Shown piece after piece: positions 63,101 to 64,000 of a stretch of 64,000 nucleotides of DNA. Location: positions 1,077 to 65,076 of IMG/VR virus record IMGVR_UViG_2708742418_000007, one strand, 5' to 3'. The first letter of the stretch is position 1. Each line of letters starts with the position of its first letter. A program made the position numbers and the translations under genes. The stretch is from a virus (lineage: Duplodnaviria > Caudoviricetes). The notes under the pieces were generated by a model. It did no database searches. It was not told the DNA's origin and was given only the letters and a program-made list of their open reading frames with translations.

Positions 63101-64000
63101 GATGGCGATCAGCTTCTCGAAGTTTTCCGCGCCGATGCGGCCGGTGCGCAGAAAGCCCGCTTCCATCGAGCGCGCGGTCGACACCGAAATCCCGGCGGCG
63201 GATGCGCCGGCGCGCGCCGATGCTTCCAATTCGGCCGAGGTGCCGGCAACGGCAAGGCCAAGGCCTCTGGCGGCCGTTTCCACCTCTTTTGTCGACTGCA
63301 GATAGCGCGACCAGGCAGCCGCGCCGATGACGGCGGCGGCGGTCAGTCCGGCGATGCTGACCGTCAAAGGCGTGACGGCGCGCGCTGCCCCGGATGCGAT
63401 GGTCGAGAAGTCCTTCAGCGCCGTGTTGACGCCTCCCTGGCCAGCATAGATCTGGGCGATCTGCGGTCCCTGCTGGGCAAGCACCATGCCGATCGGCATG
63501 CCGCCGGCCAGCGACTGGCCCACGTCAAAGGCCTGATAGGTGAGGTTCTGGCGTCGGAACTGGGCAGCCCCGTCGCTTTCTCCGAGCGCCCCGTTGCGGC
63601 CCTTGATCACGTCGATCGAGGCCAGCGTTGCCTGACGCTGGCGCGAAATGGCTGCCGTCATCTCGTCGGTGGAGAGGACGCCCTGCGCGTGCAGCGTCCG
63701 GATCTCGGTCAGCTGCGTCTTGTACTGGTTGATGACGGCAAACAGCGGATTGTATTTCGCGCGCAACTCGTCCAGCGAGCGGCCCTGCATGGCAAGCGCC
63801 CCGGTCCATTCCCGGACATTCTGGTTTGCTGCCGGCGCGCCGAGACCCATCTGCGCGTTGATCAGCGCCTGCAGTCTCGACGTCGTGGTCTGCGCTTCGG
63901 TTCCTATCCCCGCGATCTCGGCCTTGGTGGCGCGCGCACCAGCCGGAACCTGGCTGGCGTCGAGCGTCACGACGGCCTGGAGTTTCAGCGGGGTGGTCAT
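60176..64000 (-). CDS. Lambda-type tape measure protein with internal TIGR02594/CHAP-like domain
   Basis: NLTYQAFDV..QQGPQI; AWCAGFVN..GHVGF..SGNQ; AGLVHEKEYVF. Confidence 0.92.
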   Translation of the reverse strand: MTTPLKLQAVVTLDASQVPAGARATKAEIAGIGTEAQTTTSRLQALINAQMGLGAPAANQNVREWTGALAMQGRSLDELRAKYNPLFAVINQYKTQLTEIRTLHAQGVLSTDEMTAAISRQRQATLASIDVIKGRNGALGESDGAAQFRRQNLTYQAFDVGQSLAGGMPIGMVLAQQGPQIAQIYAGQGGVNTALKDFSTIASGAARAVTPLTVSIAGLTAAAVIGAAAWSRYLQSTKEVETAARGLGLAVAGTSAELEASARAGASAAGISVSTARSMEAGFLRTGRIGAENFEKLIAISKDFGATIGLDAASAGDALAEMFADPARAAQTLYQQYGLISAATARQATNLAQQNRVSEAQAVLLDALPRRLASATEATTALGRAWSTVSTAAGNAYDALGRAVDRALSGPSLDEQLAEARKALAQLQSGPSGVLSLLSPSGMLQARAATRVQELEEQIQQRDAQEAARRRQAEEIARSRAVTSVIDTSGAGSDRRRIQTLQNEIATLQSGAGLTGINEDERTATLEAKQRVLDSLVNRQQRLAELDRLDIQIQTERNPLVRADLEARRTRLEMAGEENAATSIEIEAARARNRVIAETIGNARTQAQDMRTELETRIRLNGLVNAGSITTADANRMLQEELTLRPLIAAAAVAEGDAKQRLNQQIADLRAGYAGLAEQEKLASAQEYLRGQNERIEKLRVEQSLIGANDTVRERSIALLEAEQEIRRRGLASNSGLAAQIRAEADAMAVMNRQIEKQADAWGKVQGSAENAIDGIVDGLSSGDISGALEGIAKDISGTLIDIGIKTPLKNAMLGTDKGTLSDLGGIGGIIGRLFGGATPADPSVIVSNAMGRSVGSMSVMAGTVVINGGLGSGLGSAGGLIGGAANSNVAGGLASSAVDKAMGLIGANEVSQRTDINSFLRAGGVDIDAATTAWCAGFVNSALKQVGIDGTGSLTANAFQNWGRAIDPSQLMRGDILLQTRGLGAGNTGGHVGFATGASRLFGGQQQFQMLSGNQQDSVTTSWINASELQIRRATEAASSLASLAGTSGAATQNLGVFGNGLGQLANGLGQIGNIAANGGASAGGGFWSSLLGGIGRLFGGVAPTSSAWAANTTLGSFLVRGYSSGGATGGSDPARVAGLVHEKEYVFDAISTAAIGVHNLDALRRMVRGGGKTGFDTGGYVGSIAPVYASANSNARTADPYSSGSSDRGSSIVIHNYGRDQVQAEERTDPQGRRQTVIQVGQITSAAVAQRGNPLRRSLQTEFGVKPQRVAR

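Larger units (their letters stand above)
51050..64000 (-). mobile_element. Tail/terminal region of a second, siphovirus-type prophage, probably transposable
   Basis: Lambda-like TMP, Dit, DUF1833, NlpC, J and fibre followed by Mu-type com and a modification operon. Confidence 0.85.

Overview
High-GC, probably rhizobial (Alphaproteobacteria) DNA, almost all phage-derived, with three Mu-related elements in tandem and co-oriented (late genes on the minus strand). (1) ~1-6710 is a compact element with intact paralogues of four genes of the adjacent prophage (tape measure, major capsid gpT, gpG, ParB) but, in the visible part, no transposase, terminase, portal, protease or lysis genes. It also carries diverged copies of that prophage's cis-elements: late-activator boxes, a 64-nt structured RNA, a central gyrase-site-like tract and ~390 bp of the repressor-proximal end. 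I read it as a candidate Mu-like satellite or interference element; its left end lies outside the window. (2) ~6720-47890 is an apparently complete ~41-kb Mu-like myovirus prophage, with a tyrosine recombinase where Mu has gin. Its MuF gene has a nuclease-like C-terminal domain and faces a promoter-driven small RNA that is shared with element 1. (3) A tcmP/DUF5131 pair follows at 48.0-50.1 kb. From ~51.05 kb is the tail end of a siphovirus-type prophage in which com precedes an ABC-ATPase/GNAT fusion and a formyltransferase instead of mom. All calls come from manual motif recognition and by-eye alignment; no searches were run and element ends are approximate.
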